This document shows, in pieces, positions 51,265 through 61,210 of a stretch of DNA of 64,000 nt. Origin of the DNA: Candidatus Eiseniibacteriota bacterium. Lineage in GTDB: Bacteria; Eisenbacteria; RBG-16-71-46. The stretch is from positions 704,001 to 768,000 of the forward strand of contig CAVSAC010000010.1 in assembly GCA_963725865.1 (NCBI GenBank), in the 5' to 3' direction. Position 1 is the stretch's first letter, and the number at the start of each line of letters is the position of its first letter. The notes below the pieces were generated by a model that saw nothing but the letters and a program-made list of their open reading frames with translations, was not told where the DNA came from and ran no database searches. Both the position numbers and the translations under genes were made by a program.

Positions 51265-52170
51265 ATGGAAGCCCGCGCGCTCGCCCGTGCCACCCGCAAG
51301 CTGAGCCGTCGCTATCGCGTCACCGACGGCAAGGGATTCCGACTTTCCGCGTTCGATCCCGCCGACACCGGGGAGCTCGGCGACCAGGACAAGCCGCAGG
51401 TCCGCGAGCAGCTCGCGCGCGGCATCGAGGCGCTCGCGGGCTTGCAGGACATGCTCTACGCGCAGGACCGCTGGTCGTTGCTGCTGATCTTCCAGGCGAT
51501 GGACGCCGCCGGCAAGGACGGCACCATCAAGCACGTCATGTCCGGCATCAATCCCCAGGGCTGCCAGGTCGCGTCATTCAAGGCGCCCTCGCCGCAGGAG
51601 CTGGACCACGACTACCTGTGGCGCTGCCAGCGCGAGCTGCCGGAGCGCGGCCGCATCGGCATCTTCAACCGCTCGTACTACGAGGAGGTGCTGGTGGTGC
51701 GGGTGCACCCCGAGTACCTCACCGGCGAGCGACTGCCGCCCGCGCAGGTGGACGACCGCATCTGGGAGCGCCGCTTCGCCGACATCCGCGCGTTCGAGCG
51801 CCACCTCACCCGCAACGGCACGGTGATCCGCAAGTTCTTCCTGAACGTCTCGCGCAAGGAGCAGAAGCGCCGCTTCCTGGCACGGCTCGAGGACCCGACC
51901 AAGCAATGGAAGTTCTCGGCCGCCGACGTGCGGGAGCGCGCGCACTGGAAGGCGTACATGCACGCGTACGAGGAGATGATCCGGGCCACCGCCACCGAGG
52001 ACGCGCCGTGGTACGTGGTGCCGGCGGACCACAAGTGGTTCACGCACGCGGTGGTCGCCTCGACGGTGGTCGACACGCTGGACCGGCTCGATGTCGCCTA
52101 TCCCACGCTCGACAAGGCGCAGCGGGCGGCGCTCGCCGTCGCGCGCAAGGAGCTGCTCGCCGAGCGCTAG
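51265..52170 (+). CDS. ppk2: Polyphosphate kinase 2 family protein
   Basis: FQAMDAAGKDG, FKAPS..ELDHDYLWR, FNRSYYEEVL and WYVVPADHKW. Confidence 0.93.
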   Translation: MEARALARATRKLSRRYRVTDGKGFRLSAFDPADTGELGDQDKPQVREQLARGIEALAGLQDMLYAQDRWSLLLIFQAMDAAGKDGTIKHVMSGINPQGCQVASFKAPSPQELDHDYLWRCQRELPERGRIGIFNRSYYEEVLVVRVHPEYLTGERLPPAQVDDRIWERRFADIRAFERHLTRNGTVIRKFFLNVSRKEQKRRFLARLEDPTKQWKFSAADVRERAHWKAYMHAYEEMIRATATEDAPWYVVPADHKWFTHAVVASTVVDTLDRLDVAYPTLDKAQRAALAVARKELLAER

Positions 52171-52179
52171 CGCTCGGCG

Positions 52180-54645
52180 TCAGCGGACGTGCACGATGCG
52201 CCGCGTGAACACCACCCCGCCTGCGCGCAGCCGGGCCAGGTACACGCCTGCAGGAAGGTGCGTGGCGGTGAACGCGACCTCGTGGACGCCCGGAGCTCGG
52301 ACCTGATCCGGCACGGGCGTGGCCACCACGCGACCCGCCAGGTCGAACACCTCGAGCCGCACCCGTCCCGGGGCCGCGAGCGAGAATGGGATCGTGGTGT
52401 CGTCGCCGAAGGGATTCGGCCGGTTCGGTAGCAGCGCCGCCGCGCGCGACGGGCCGTGAGCGATCGGGGCGGCGGCGGTGGCGGCCGTGAACGCGACGAT
52501 CCCGCAGTGCGGCTGTCCGCCCGCAACGGTGAAATTGCCGCCCGCGTAGACGACGCCGTCCTTCACGACGAACGTGCGCACGTGGTTGTTGGCGCCGGGA
52601 TTCCACTCGTCGGAGTCCCCGGTGACCGCGTCGAGCGACGCGAGACGGTCCCGGTTCTGGCCGCCGATGCGAGTGAATCCGCCTCCCACGTAGACCGATC
52701 CCCCCTCGACGTGGATGCCATCGGCGTCGGCGGGGTCGTAGATGGAGTCGTTGCGCGGGTCGGGATCCCAGGCCCTGACGAGTCCCTGTTCGGAGTCGAC
52801 GGCGGCCAGACCGTTGCGTGGCTCCCCGCCGATGCTCGTGAAGTGCCCGCCGAGGTAGACGCCGCGATCGGTGACGTCGAGCGCCGCGAGCGGTCCGTCG
52901 GCGACGGGATCCCATGCGCTGAGGGAGCCATCCGAGAGGTTCCAGGCCGCGCCGAATCCGCGAACCTCGCCGCCGGCGGAACGGAAGTTCCCTCCCGCGT
53001 AGAGCCGACTCGAGAACCGCTTCAGGCAGTACACCCCGGCGGAGAGCTGGGGATCCCACGCGTCAGCCTGACCCGTGACGGTGTCCACGCGGGCGAGGTA
53101 CGCGGGCGCACCGCCGCCGATCGACCCGAAGTAGCCGCCGAGGTAGACGCGGTCCCCGTGGAGCGCCAGGTCGTAGACCGTCCCGTCGGTGCCGGGGTCC
53201 CAGCCGGTGAGCCGCCCACTGACCGCATCCAGCGCGGCGGCGTGCGCGCGCGTGACGCCCGAGACGTGGCGAAAGAACCCTCCGACGTAGACCACGCCGT
53301 GATCGATCGCGAGCGTGGCCACCAGATCGTCCGCCCTCGGATCCCAGCCGGTCGCGGCACCCGTCGTCAGGTCGAACGACGCGAGGCAGCTGCGCGACTC
53401 CGAGCCGACGCTCGTGAAGCCGCCGCCGGCGTAGATCGTGCTCCCGCCGACGGCGAGCGCGTTCGCCGCGAGATTCGGGCGCGGATCCCAGTCCGACGCC
53501 GCTGCCGTGAGCGAGTCCAGCGCCGCGAGGAATCGTCTCGATTGGCCGCCGATCTGGTGGAACGCGCCGGCGACGTAGACCGTCGATCCCTGCGCCTCGA
53601 TCGCGTACACGAGATCGTCGGCACCCGGATCCCACGCGCTTGCCGTCCCCGTCGTCGCATCCAGCGCGGCGATGAATCGATGCTCCCGACCCGCCAGCTC
53701 GAGGAACCGGCCCGCCACGTAGACCCGGGAATCCACCACACGCAGGCTGAAGATCGACGGAGTGTCGCCGTAGGGCGCCACGTCGGGCCGGGGATCCCAG
53801 GCGAGTGCCACCGCGTGCTCGGCGTCCAGCGCCGCGAGATTGCTCCGGGCCTGGCCAGCGATGTGGAGGAACTCCCCACCCACGTAGATCGCCGAGTCCC
53901 CGACCGCGAGCGCGCTCACGGGTCCGTCGGGGTTCGGGTTCCACTCCGTGGCCTCCGCGGTCACCCGGTCGAGCGCGGCGAGGTGGCGTCGCGCCTGGCC
54001 GCCGAGACTCAGGAATCTCCCTCCCACGAGCAGGGTCGAGCCCCGCAGGGCGAGCGCCTGCACGCCGGGCCCCCAGGGGTCGCCGGATGCGGCATGCGCG
54101 TCCCAGCTCCCGAGCTCCGCGCTGGTGGCGTCCAGCGCCGCGAGCGCGGCCCGCGGCTGCCCGGCGACGCGGGTGAAGAGCCCGCCCGCGAACACCGTCG
54201 CGCCGTCGCGAACGAGCGCGAAGACCGGCAGGTCGGCGTCGGCCTGCCACGCCGACACCGAGCGATCCGCGAGGATGTGGGCGAGATTCTGCCGCGCGAG
54301 ACCGCCCACGGCGGTGAACGCTCCGCCGATGAACCAGCCTCCGGACCCGTCGGTCGCGATGGCGTACACGTACCCGGTGACCTTCGGGAATCCGCCTTCG
54401 GGCTTCCCAGTCGAGGCGTCGATCGGCACCCCGCCACCCGTGGCCGGACCGACCTCCGTGAAGCCGCCTCCGACGTAGAGCGTGTCACCCGAGATTGCGG
54501 CGGCATAGACGCCGCCGTTCGTGGTCCACAGATCCTCGCGGATCGTGGGGGATCCGGCGGCGGCCGGGCGTGCGGGACCGAGGAGCGCGAGCGCCACGGC
54601 CAGGAACGGGCACCACGGGAACGAGTCGCGCAGCGAGCCAGGCAT
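52180..54645 (-). CDS. Secreted beta-propeller repeat protein with T9SS-like tail (paralog of 34328-36769)
   Basis: Same WDP...V.ALA....YVGG.F..IGGQ.R..LAALD repeat; tail PNRPNPF...GVYLARL. Confidence 0.88.
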   Translation of the reverse strand: MPGSLRDSFPWCPFLAVALALLGPARPAAAGSPTIREDLWTTNGGVYAAAISGDTLYVGGGFTEVGPATGGGVPIDASTGKPEGGFPKVTGYVYAIATDGSGGWFIGGAFTAVGGLARQNLAHILADRSVSAWQADADLPVFALVRDGATVFAGGLFTRVAGQPRAALAALDATSAELGSWDAHAASGDPWGPGVQALALRGSTLLVGGRFLSLGGQARRHLAALDRVTAEATEWNPNPDGPVSALAVGDSAIYVGGEFLHIAGQARSNLAALDAEHAVALAWDPRPDVAPYGDTPSIFSLRVVDSRVYVAGRFLELAGREHRFIAALDATTGTASAWDPGADDLVYAIEAQGSTVYVAGAFHQIGGQSRRFLAALDSLTAAASDWDPRPNLAANALAVGGSTIYAGGGFTSVGSESRSCLASFDLTTGAATGWDPRADDLVATLAIDHGVVYVGGFFRHVSGVTRAHAAALDAVSGRLTGWDPGTDGTVYDLALHGDRVYLGGYFGSIGGGAPAYLARVDTVTGQADAWDPQLSAGVYCLKRFSSRLYAGGNFRSAGGEVRGFGAAWNLSDGSLSAWDPVADGPLAALDVTDRGVYLGGHFTSIGGEPRNGLAAVDSEQGLVRAWDPDPRNDSIYDPADADGIHVEGGSVYVGGGFTRIGGQNRDRLASLDAVTGDSDEWNPGANNHVRTFVVKDGVVYAGGNFTVAGGQPHCGIVAFTAATAAAPIAHGPSRAAALLPNRPNPFGDDTTIPFSLAAPGRVRLEVFDLAGRVVATPVPDQVRAPGVHEVAFTATHLPAGVYLARLRAGGVVFTRRIVHVR

Positions 54646-54810
54646 CGCTCAGCCCTCCGAACTCACCGTCACGGCGTCAGCGCTCCGCACAGGTCATCGG
54701 GCCGGCGCGCGTAGCGGCGGCTTCCTCGAGGGATCCCTGCCCGGGAGTGTAGGCCCGTCCGGTGCACGAGGCCAGCCTCCTCGCCAGCATCCCGCGGCTG
54801 GCGAGTGGTA

Positions 54811-55075
54811 TCAGCGCAGCCAGACGAACCGGCGCGCGACCGTGCCTGCCGGCGAGCCGCGGCGCGCGAAGTAGACCCCCGCGCCGACCGGACGGCCGGC
54901 CGCGTCGGTGCCGTGCTCACCCACGCCGAAGGCACCTCGCGCCAACGTGCGCACCCGGCGCCCGTCCGCGTCGAAGCGCTCCAGAGCGATCGTGCCGGCG
55001 CGCGACTGCGAACAGACCAACTCGACCGCGCCGCGCGCCGGGGTGGGCGCGACCGGCCTGAGCGGCGAAGCCCTT
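54811..55075 (-). pseudogene. Orphan degenerate FlgD/T9SS-like C-terminal domain fragment
   Basis: PVAPTPARGAVEL...FDADGRRVRTL...DAAGRPVGAGVYFAR...RRFVWLR; no start or cargo; internal WDG segment missing. Confidence 0.6.
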
Positions 55076-55093
55076 TCGTCGCGCCGCGCCCGG

Positions 55094-56818
55094 CTACCTC
55101 CCTCCCGCCGCGCTCGCGCCCAGCGTCTTCTTGCGCGCGGCCTCGAACTCGTCGCCCGGGTACCACGCCGGCAGCTTCGAGCCGTTGGCGACCTCCAGCC
55201 CGACGAGATAGGCGAGCCGGGAGTCCTCGACCATCCCGCTGAAGTCCCAGTCCGGGCGCAGCTCGTCACTCGGCTGGTGGTAATGGTGCCGGCGGTAGTC
55301 CGCCTCGCGTTCCTTGCCCCAGCCGTCGGGGCGGCCGATGAAGGTCTGGCCGGACTTGAAGTAGAGCCCGGGCACCCCCACCCGCGCGAAGCTCAGTTGG
55401 TCGGAGCGGTAGTAGTAGCCCTTGTCGGGCTCCGGCTCGTCCACCACCACGCGCTGCTGGTTGCGCGCGGCGACCACCAGGCGGTCCTCGAGGTCGGACT
55501 TGCCCTTGCCGATCACGGCGACGTCCGAGGTGCGGCCGAAGATGTTCCCGCCGTCGATGTTCAGGTCCGCCGCGATGCGCGCAAGCGGGATCGTGGGATG
55601 CGCGGCGTAGTATTGCGAGCCGAGCAGCCCTTGCTCCTCGCCGGCGACGAACAGCGCGACGATGCTGCGCTGCGGGCGCGGCGTGGTCGCCGCGAACGCC
55701 TCGGCGATCGCCAGCACCTGCGCGCAGCCCGAGGCGTTGTCGAGCGCGCCGTTGTGGATGCGATCCCCTGTCGAATCGGGCGCGCCGACGCCGAGGTGAT
55801 CGTGGTGCGCGGAGAAGATCATCGCCTGATCGCGCAGCAGCGGATCGCTGCCGGGCAGCACGCCGACCACGTTCGCGGTCGGCGTCTTCTCCACCGCGAC
55901 GTCGAACGCCAGCGACGTCCGCACGCCCAGCGACATCGGGCGAAACGTCGGCCGCCGCGCGGCCATCCGCAACACGTCGAGATCCTTGCCGCCCAGCCGG
56001 CACATGCGGCGGGCCGCGTCCTCGGTCATCCACGCGCGGAACTTCAGCCGCGGCTCGCCGCCGGCGGGCAGCTCGAACTGCGTGCCGGACCAGGAGCGCT
56101 GCACCACGCTCCACGGATAACCCGCGGACTCCTCGGTGTGCACGACGATGGCGGCCACCGCGCCGTGCCGCGCGGCGGATTCGTACTTGTAGTCCCAGCG
56201 GCCGTAGTAGAGGCGCTTCACGCCCGCGAACAGTTTCGGATCCCAGTCGGGGTCGTTGTTCAGCATGAGCACGACCTTGCCGGTCACGTCCACGCCCTTG
56301 AAGTCGTCCCACTGGTACTCGGGCGCCTGGATGCCGTAGCCCACGAACACCACTTCGGCGTCGCCGAACGCGACCCGGGGTTCCTGCACGCCGCTGCCGC
56401 CGATGAAGTCGTCGCTCCAGCGGAACGCCGTGGTGCCGCCGTAGCCCGCGAAGCTCCACGCGTCGAGGTGCTGCACCGTCAGCCCGACGAACTCGATCGG
56501 CTGCTCGTAGCTCCCGTTCGCGCCGCCGGGCTGGTAGCCGAGCGCCTGCAGCCGGCGGATCAGGTAGCCGCGCGCCATGCGGTCCCCCGGAGAGCCGGGG
56601 CTGCGGCCTTCGGTCGAGTCCGCCGAGAGCGCGGCGATGTCGCCGCGCAGGCCGTCGGCGGTGATGCGCGCCTCCGCCGCCGCGACGCTCGCCGCCGGTG
56701 CGGCGGTCGCCGCGGCGGCAGCGGGCCGCGAAAGGGCCGGGCCGACAGCGAGGGTGACGACGGCGACGGCGATGATGGAAGCGATGGGCAGCGGGGCCGG
56801 GCGCAGCGCGGATGGCAT
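55094..56818 (-). CDS. M28 family aminopeptidase with PA domain
   Basis: EGR, FVGYGI, SAHHDHLG, NGALDNASG, GEEQGLLGS, RSDQ and YHQPSD; AGGAGG RBS. Confidence 0.92.
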   Translation of the reverse strand: MPSALRPAPLPIASIIAVAVVTLAVGPALSRPAAAAATAAPAASVAAAEARITADGLRGDIAALSADSTEGRSPGSPGDRMARGYLIRRLQALGYQPGGANGSYEQPIEFVGLTVQHLDAWSFAGYGGTTAFRWSDDFIGGSGVQEPRVAFGDAEVVFVGYGIQAPEYQWDDFKGVDVTGKVVLMLNNDPDWDPKLFAGVKRLYYGRWDYKYESAARHGAVAAIVVHTEESAGYPWSVVQRSWSGTQFELPAGGEPRLKFRAWMTEDAARRMCRLGGKDLDVLRMAARRPTFRPMSLGVRTSLAFDVAVEKTPTANVVGVLPGSDPLLRDQAMIFSAHHDHLGVGAPDSTGDRIHNGALDNASGCAQVLAIAEAFAATTPRPQRSIVALFVAGEEQGLLGSQYYAAHPTIPLARIAADLNIDGGNIFGRTSDVAVIGKGKSDLEDRLVVAARNQQRVVVDEPEPDKGYYYRSDQLSFARVGVPGLYFKSGQTFIGRPDGWGKEREADYRRHHYHQPSDELRPDWDFSGMVEDSRLAYLVGLEVANGSKLPAWYPGDEFEAARKKTLGASAAGGR

Positions 56819-56906
56819 GAGACCTCCTGAGGTCGCGAGCGGATGCCATCCACGCCGAGCCATCGTGCTCTGCGGGCCCGGGCGCTTTGCGGGCCCGGTG
56901 GGGCAT

Positions 56907-56935
56907 CGCGGGGGACTCTACATCAGTCCCCCGCG
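56907..56935 (-). terminator. Hairpin ending the barrel-lipoprotein operon
   Basis: Perfect 11-bp inverted repeat CGCGGGGGACT-N7-AGTCCCCCGCG just after the stop. Confidence 0.6.
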
Positions 56936-56941
56936 CTCTCT

Positions 56942-57502
56942 CTACGGCCCGCCCGCCGCTCCGATCATGACGGCGAACGCCCCCTGGGTCACCGTGACGT
57001 TGTAAGTCCCGGTGCTCCCGAACACGTACAGCGCGAACACGCCGTCGTCGCCGAGCTCATCTTCGAGTGCGGACTTGCCACCGGAGGTGAACAACCCGGC
57101 CGAATTGTCCCAGCTGAGCGTCTTGGTCTCGTTGGCCGCGAGCGCGACCGACCAGACCCTGACCCCGCCCGCGCCGGTGACCGCGGCCAGGTTCGGCAGC
57201 AGGGCGGCACTCGCCGGCGCCGCGAGCAGGTACACGTCCGCGCTGACCGGGGTCGCGAGGTTGTTCTTGAACGTCCCGAGGACCGCCACGTCCTCGATGG
57301 TCTTGAAGTCGCTCCTGTGGTCGCGGTAGGTGCCGTTCTCCGCGGGCAGGTTGACGTACTTGCCGGCCGATGCGGCGCCGTTGACCGCCGACAGGTTGCC
57401 CAGGTTGACGGTGACCAGCTTGACGACCTGCAGGCAGCCGCCCGTCCACAGGGCGGCGGCCGCCAGGCTCGCCAGGATCGTGAACGTCCGATGGGGTCGC
57501 AT
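56942..57502 (-). CDS. Hypothetical lipoprotein
   Basis: GAGGAGGAG RBS; MRPHRTFTILASLAAAALWTGGC lipoprotein-like signal. Confidence 0.8.
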   Translation of the reverse strand: MRPHRTFTILASLAAAALWTGGCLQVVKLVTVNLGNLSAVNGAASAGKYVNLPAENGTYRDHRSDFKTIEDVAVLGTFKNNLATPVSADVYLLAAPASAALLPNLAAVTGAGGVRVWSVALAANETKTLSWDNSAGLFTSGGKSALEDELGDDGVFALYVFGSTGTYNVTVTQGAFAVMIGAAGGP

Positions 57503-57513
57503 GGAGCTCCTCC

Positions 57514-58059
57514 TCACTTCGCCGCGAAGGTGGTGAGCGAATAGGACACGCCCGCGGTGACGTTCGCGAACAGGCGTCCCGAGCCGCCCTCGGTGAGCGA
57601 CTGGGCCGCGCCGCGCAGATGCACCATGAACTTGGGCGCCGGCGCGAATCCGAATCCGAGCCCCCCGCCGAAGCCGGTCATGGTCTGGTCCGCCGAACCG
57701 TCCCGTGTCAGCTTGTTCGTCCCGATCGTGGCGAAGGGATAGAACTGGAACCGCGAGCCCAGCGTGAGCAGCGCGCTCATGCCGAAGCTGCTGATGCCGA
57801 ATCCGCTCCGGGTATAATCGAGCCCGGCGATGGTCGTTTGGACGTCCCCGTCGCTGGTCGCGGCGAAGTAGGGCTCGAGAGTGACGAGGCGGTGGATCGC
57901 GACGGGCACCCGCACGCCGAACGTGGAACCCTGGCCGTTGTCGTCCTGGACGATGGGAATGTCGACGCCGCCGAACGCGCCGATGCCGACGGTTCCGGCG
58001 GTGGCCGGGCCGGCCGCGACTCCCAGTGCGAGCACAGCGGTGGTGAGCAGCCGCTTCAT
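57514..58059 (-). CDS. Small outer-membrane beta-barrel protein (OmpA-like, about 8 strands)
   Basis: Signal peptide; alternating strands FYPFATIG, GFGGGLGFGF and VTAGVSYS. Confidence 0.82.
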   Translation of the reverse strand: MKRLLTTAVLALGVAAGPATAGTVGIGAFGGVDIPIVQDDNGQGSTFGVRVPVAIHRLVTLEPYFAATSDGDVQTTIAGLDYTRSGFGISSFGMSALLTLGSRFQFYPFATIGTNKLTRDGSADQTMTGFGGGLGFGFAPAPKFMVHLRGAAQSLTEGGSGRLFANVTAGVSYSLTTFAAK

Positions 58060-58130
58060 GACGCGATCCCTCCGGTGATGGAACGGCCTCCCCCGGGTAC
58101 GAGCTGAGAAGGGGGCCTGGATGACACGTC

Positions 58131-58161
58131 CACAGAGGCAGGCTCGGCTGGGAAATCACAC
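58131..58161 (-). promoter_or_regulatory. Putative ECF promoter, copy A
   Basis: GTGTGATT-N14-GCCTCtGTG; identical layout to copy B. Confidence 0.7.
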
Positions 58162-58197
58162 GGCATCGGTCGGCGGCAGGTCCGCCCGGGGCGCATC

Positions 58198-61182
58198 GTG
58201 AGGCGCTCGCGGCCTCCGGGGGTCGGCGGCGAGCGCGCGCGCGGTGCCGCGGGGCGCCCGCCCGTCCGCTCGCGCCACGCCGCCGCCCGTGCCGCCTGCA
58301 GCCGCGGTGCGATCGCGCTGCTGCTGCTGGCGACCTTCGCGGCGCTGAGCCGGACGCCCGCCCGTGCGCTCACGCCGCTCGACCCGCGCGCGGCGACGGT
58401 GTTGCGCGACGTGGACTCGCTGGTGAGAGCGTGGCGGCTGGACACCGCGCTGGTGCTGCTCGATCCGCAGCTCACCCGGGCCCGCGCGCGCGGCGATCGC
58501 GAGCTCGTGATGCAGGTGCAGCTGCGGCGCGCCGCCTGCCTGGGCCTCACCGACCGCGCCGCACAGTCGGAGGCGGCCGCGCGGCCGGCGATCGCGCTGG
58601 CGGAGGCGCTCGGCGACTCCGCCGTGCTGCGCGACGCGGTGCGGTGGCTGGCGTTCTCGTGGCTCACGCGCGGACAACTCGACGAATCGCTGCGCGAGTA
58701 CCGCCGCCTGCTCGCGCTCTCGGTGCCCGCGGGGGACGCGCGCAACGAGGGCTACGCGCGCACTGCGCTGGCGTATCGCGACCTCATGGAGGGCCGCCTG
58801 CTCGCCGCCCGCGAAGGCTACCGGCGCGCTGTCGCCTGCATGGAGCGCGCGCGGGATCCGCGCGCGATGCTGACGCCGCTCGTCGGTCGGGCGCGCACCG
58901 AGTGCGGGCTCGGGGAATACGAGCTCGGCCGCCGCACATACCAGTCCATCGTGGCCCTGGCGCGGCGGCTCGATGCCCGGCGTCACGAGGCCGACGCGCT
59001 CAACAATCTCGGCACCCTCGAATACGACGTCGGCGACCCGGCCGCGGCGGTGCGACTGTGGAATCGGGCCGTCGCGATATACCGCGACCTCGGCGCCGCC
59101 GAGCCGATGCAGAGCTCCGCCAGCAACGCGGCCCTCGGCGAGGCCGACCTGGGGCACTACGACGAGGCCGCGCGACAGCTGGAGGCGCTGCTGGCGTTCG
59201 CCGTCGAGCGCGACTTCAGGCGGGACCAGATCCAGGCGTTGCTCCACCTCGCCGGCGTCCGCGACGCGCAGGGGCGGCACGAGGAGAGCATCCGGCTATT
59301 GCGGCGGTGCCTCGCGATCATGGGCGACCGGGAGCCGGGGTATCGGGTCGAGGCGATGCTGGGGATCGCCGACGCGCTGGCGGGCGAGGGCCGTCCGTCG
59401 GAGGCGCTCGCGGTGCTGGAGCGCGAAGCGCACCCGCTGGTCCCGCGGCTGAGCGCGGACCTGCGCGTGCGGCTGGAGCTGCGCGTCGCGCACCTGCTGC
59501 GCGCGACCGGGCGGACGGCCCGCGCGTACGCGGCGTTCGAGCACGCCGCCGAGTCCGCGACGGCGCTCGGGCTGGGCCCGCTCGAGCTCGACGCGCTCAC
59601 CGGGGCCGGCCGCTGCGACGCGGAGTCCGGCCACCCCGATCGTGCGCGCGCCACGCTGGCACGGGCGCTGGTGCTGTGGGAGAGCCAGCGTCGCGTGCCG
59701 AGCGATCCGGAATGGCGCGAACATCGCGGCGAGCTGGCCGAGGAGTTGTGCTTCGCGTTCGCGCGCGCGCTGCTCGACCCGGCGCGCGGGGTACCGCGGG
59801 CGCAGGCGGTGGCCGACGCCTACGACGTGATGCAGCGCTTCAAGGCGCGCACGCTGCTCGAACGCATGACCGGACCGGCGGGCTCGCTGCCGCGCGCCCG
59901 CGAGCCGGTCACGCTGAGCGAGCTGCAGCGGCAGGTGCTCGGCGAAGGCGACCTGCTGCTCGACGCGTTCGTCGGCCGCCAGCAGGGCTGGCTGTTCGCG
60001 ATCACGCCCCGCGAGGTGCGGCTGACCTGGCTGCCGGGCGGCGACTCGCTCGCGGCGCAGATCCAGCTCTACCGCGAGCTGGTGGCGACCCCGCCCCCGG
60101 CGGTGCGCGACCCCGGGCTCGAGGCGGTGCGTCATCGCGCCGCCCGACGCCTCGGGCAGGAGCTGCTCGGCGGGGTGGCCGACCTGGTGACGCGCTGCCG
60201 CCGCGTGATCCTGGCGCCCGATGGACCGCTGAACGCGATTCCGCTCGGCGAGCTGCCGCTGGCCGCGGACGGCGACGACGCGCCCCTGCTCACGCGCCGC
60301 GCGGTGGTGCGCATCCCGTCAGCGACGCTGCTCGCCGAGCTGCGGCGCCGGCCGCCCGCCGTCGCCGAGCGCGGGCTGCTCGCGCTCGGCGGCGCGATCG
60401 ACGCGAGCGGCCGTCCGCTGCCCGGCACCGCGGACGAAGTGCGCGAGCTCCGGCGCGACTTCCGCGGCGTGGACGCTCGCATCGCGGGCGACCCCGCCGC
60501 GGTGCCGCTGCGCGCGGCCGAGCTGTCGCGCTACCAGGTGCTGCACGTGGCGGCACACACCTGGGTCGACGACCAGCGCCCATGGAACTCGGGCCTGCTG
60601 CTCGGGAGCCGCTGGGCCGCGCCGCTGATCGCCGCTGCGGGCGCGCCCGCGGGCGCCCCGGCGGCCGGATCGGCCGCTGGCGCCGACCGCGAGGCGGCGG
60701 GCGCGCCGTGGCTGCGGGCCGCCGCGATCGCTTCGATGCGGCTGCCGGCGCGGCTGGCGCTGCTGTCGGGGTGCGAATCGGGAGGCGGGCGCATCGCCTG
60801 GGGCGAGGGCGTGCAGGGGCTCGGCGCGGCGTTCCAGAGCGCGGGCGTGCCGGCGGTGGTGGTGACGCTGTGGCCGGTCGACGATCGCATCTCGGCCGCG
60901 CTGGTGCGGACCTTCTACTCGCGACTCGCCGACGGCGAGACCGCGGCCGACGCGCTGCGCCATGCTCAGCTCGATCTCGCCCGGCGGCCCGCGACGGCGC
61001 ATCCATTCTTCTGGGCCGGCTACGTCTTGATCGGCGACGGCGAGGTGCGGGTGCCGCTCCACCGCCGATTCCCGGTGCCGCTCGTCCTCGCGTTCGCGGC
61101 AGCCGCGCTGGGACTGATTGTCGTATGGTCGTGGTCGACTCGGTCCGTCCGGCGTGCCGCGCGCCCGGGACCGCCGGTGTGA
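58198..61182 (+). CDS. Exported, C-terminally anchored TPR-CHAT protease
   Basis: Signal-like segment; TPRs (ADALNNLG); ILAPDGPL; dyad LHVAAH and LSGCESG; TLWPVDD; HPFFWAGY; C-terminal TM. Start uncertain. Confidence 0.88.
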   Translation: MRRSRPPGVGGERARGAAGRPPVRSRHAAARAACSRGAIALLLLATFAALSRTPARALTPLDPRAATVLRDVDSLVRAWRLDTALVLLDPQLTRARARGDRELVMQVQLRRAACLGLTDRAAQSEAAARPAIALAEALGDSAVLRDAVRWLAFSWLTRGQLDESLREYRRLLALSVPAGDARNEGYARTALAYRDLMEGRLLAAREGYRRAVACMERARDPRAMLTPLVGRARTECGLGEYELGRRTYQSIVALARRLDARRHEADALNNLGTLEYDVGDPAAAVRLWNRAVAIYRDLGAAEPMQSSASNAALGEADLGHYDEAARQLEALLAFAVERDFRRDQIQALLHLAGVRDAQGRHEESIRLLRRCLAIMGDREPGYRVEAMLGIADALAGEGRPSEALAVLEREAHPLVPRLSADLRVRLELRVAHLLRATGRTARAYAAFEHAAESATALGLGPLELDALTGAGRCDAESGHPDRARATLARALVLWESQRRVPSDPEWREHRGELAEELCFAFARALLDPARGVPRAQAVADAYDVMQRFKARTLLERMTGPAGSLPRAREPVTLSELQRQVLGEGDLLLDAFVGRQQGWLFAITPREVRLTWLPGGDSLAAQIQLYRELVATPPPAVRDPGLEAVRHRAARRLGQELLGGVADLVTRCRRVILAPDGPLNAIPLGELPLAADGDDAPLLTRRAVVRIPSATLLAELRRRPPAVAERGLLALGGAIDASGRPLPGTADEVRELRRDFRGVDARIAGDPAAVPLRAAELSRYQVLHVAAHTWVDDQRPWNSGLLLGSRWAAPLIAAAGAPAGAPAAGSAAGADREAAGAPWLRAAAIASMRLPARLALLSGCESGGGRIAWGEGVQGLGAAFQSAGVPAVVVTLWPVDDRISAALVRTFYSRLADGETAADALRHAQLDLARRPATAHPFFWAGYVLIGDGEVRVPLHRRFPVPLVLAFAAAALGLIVVWSWSTRSVRRAARPGPPV

Positions 61183-61207
61183 TTCCCGCCTGCTGGGAGC
61201 CTCCGTG
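61177..61207 (+). promoter_or_regulatory. Putative ECF promoter, copy B (autoregulatory)
   Basis: GTGTGATT-N14-GCCTCcGTG, 3 nt before the sigma ATG. Confidence 0.7.
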
Positions 61208-61210
61208 CAC

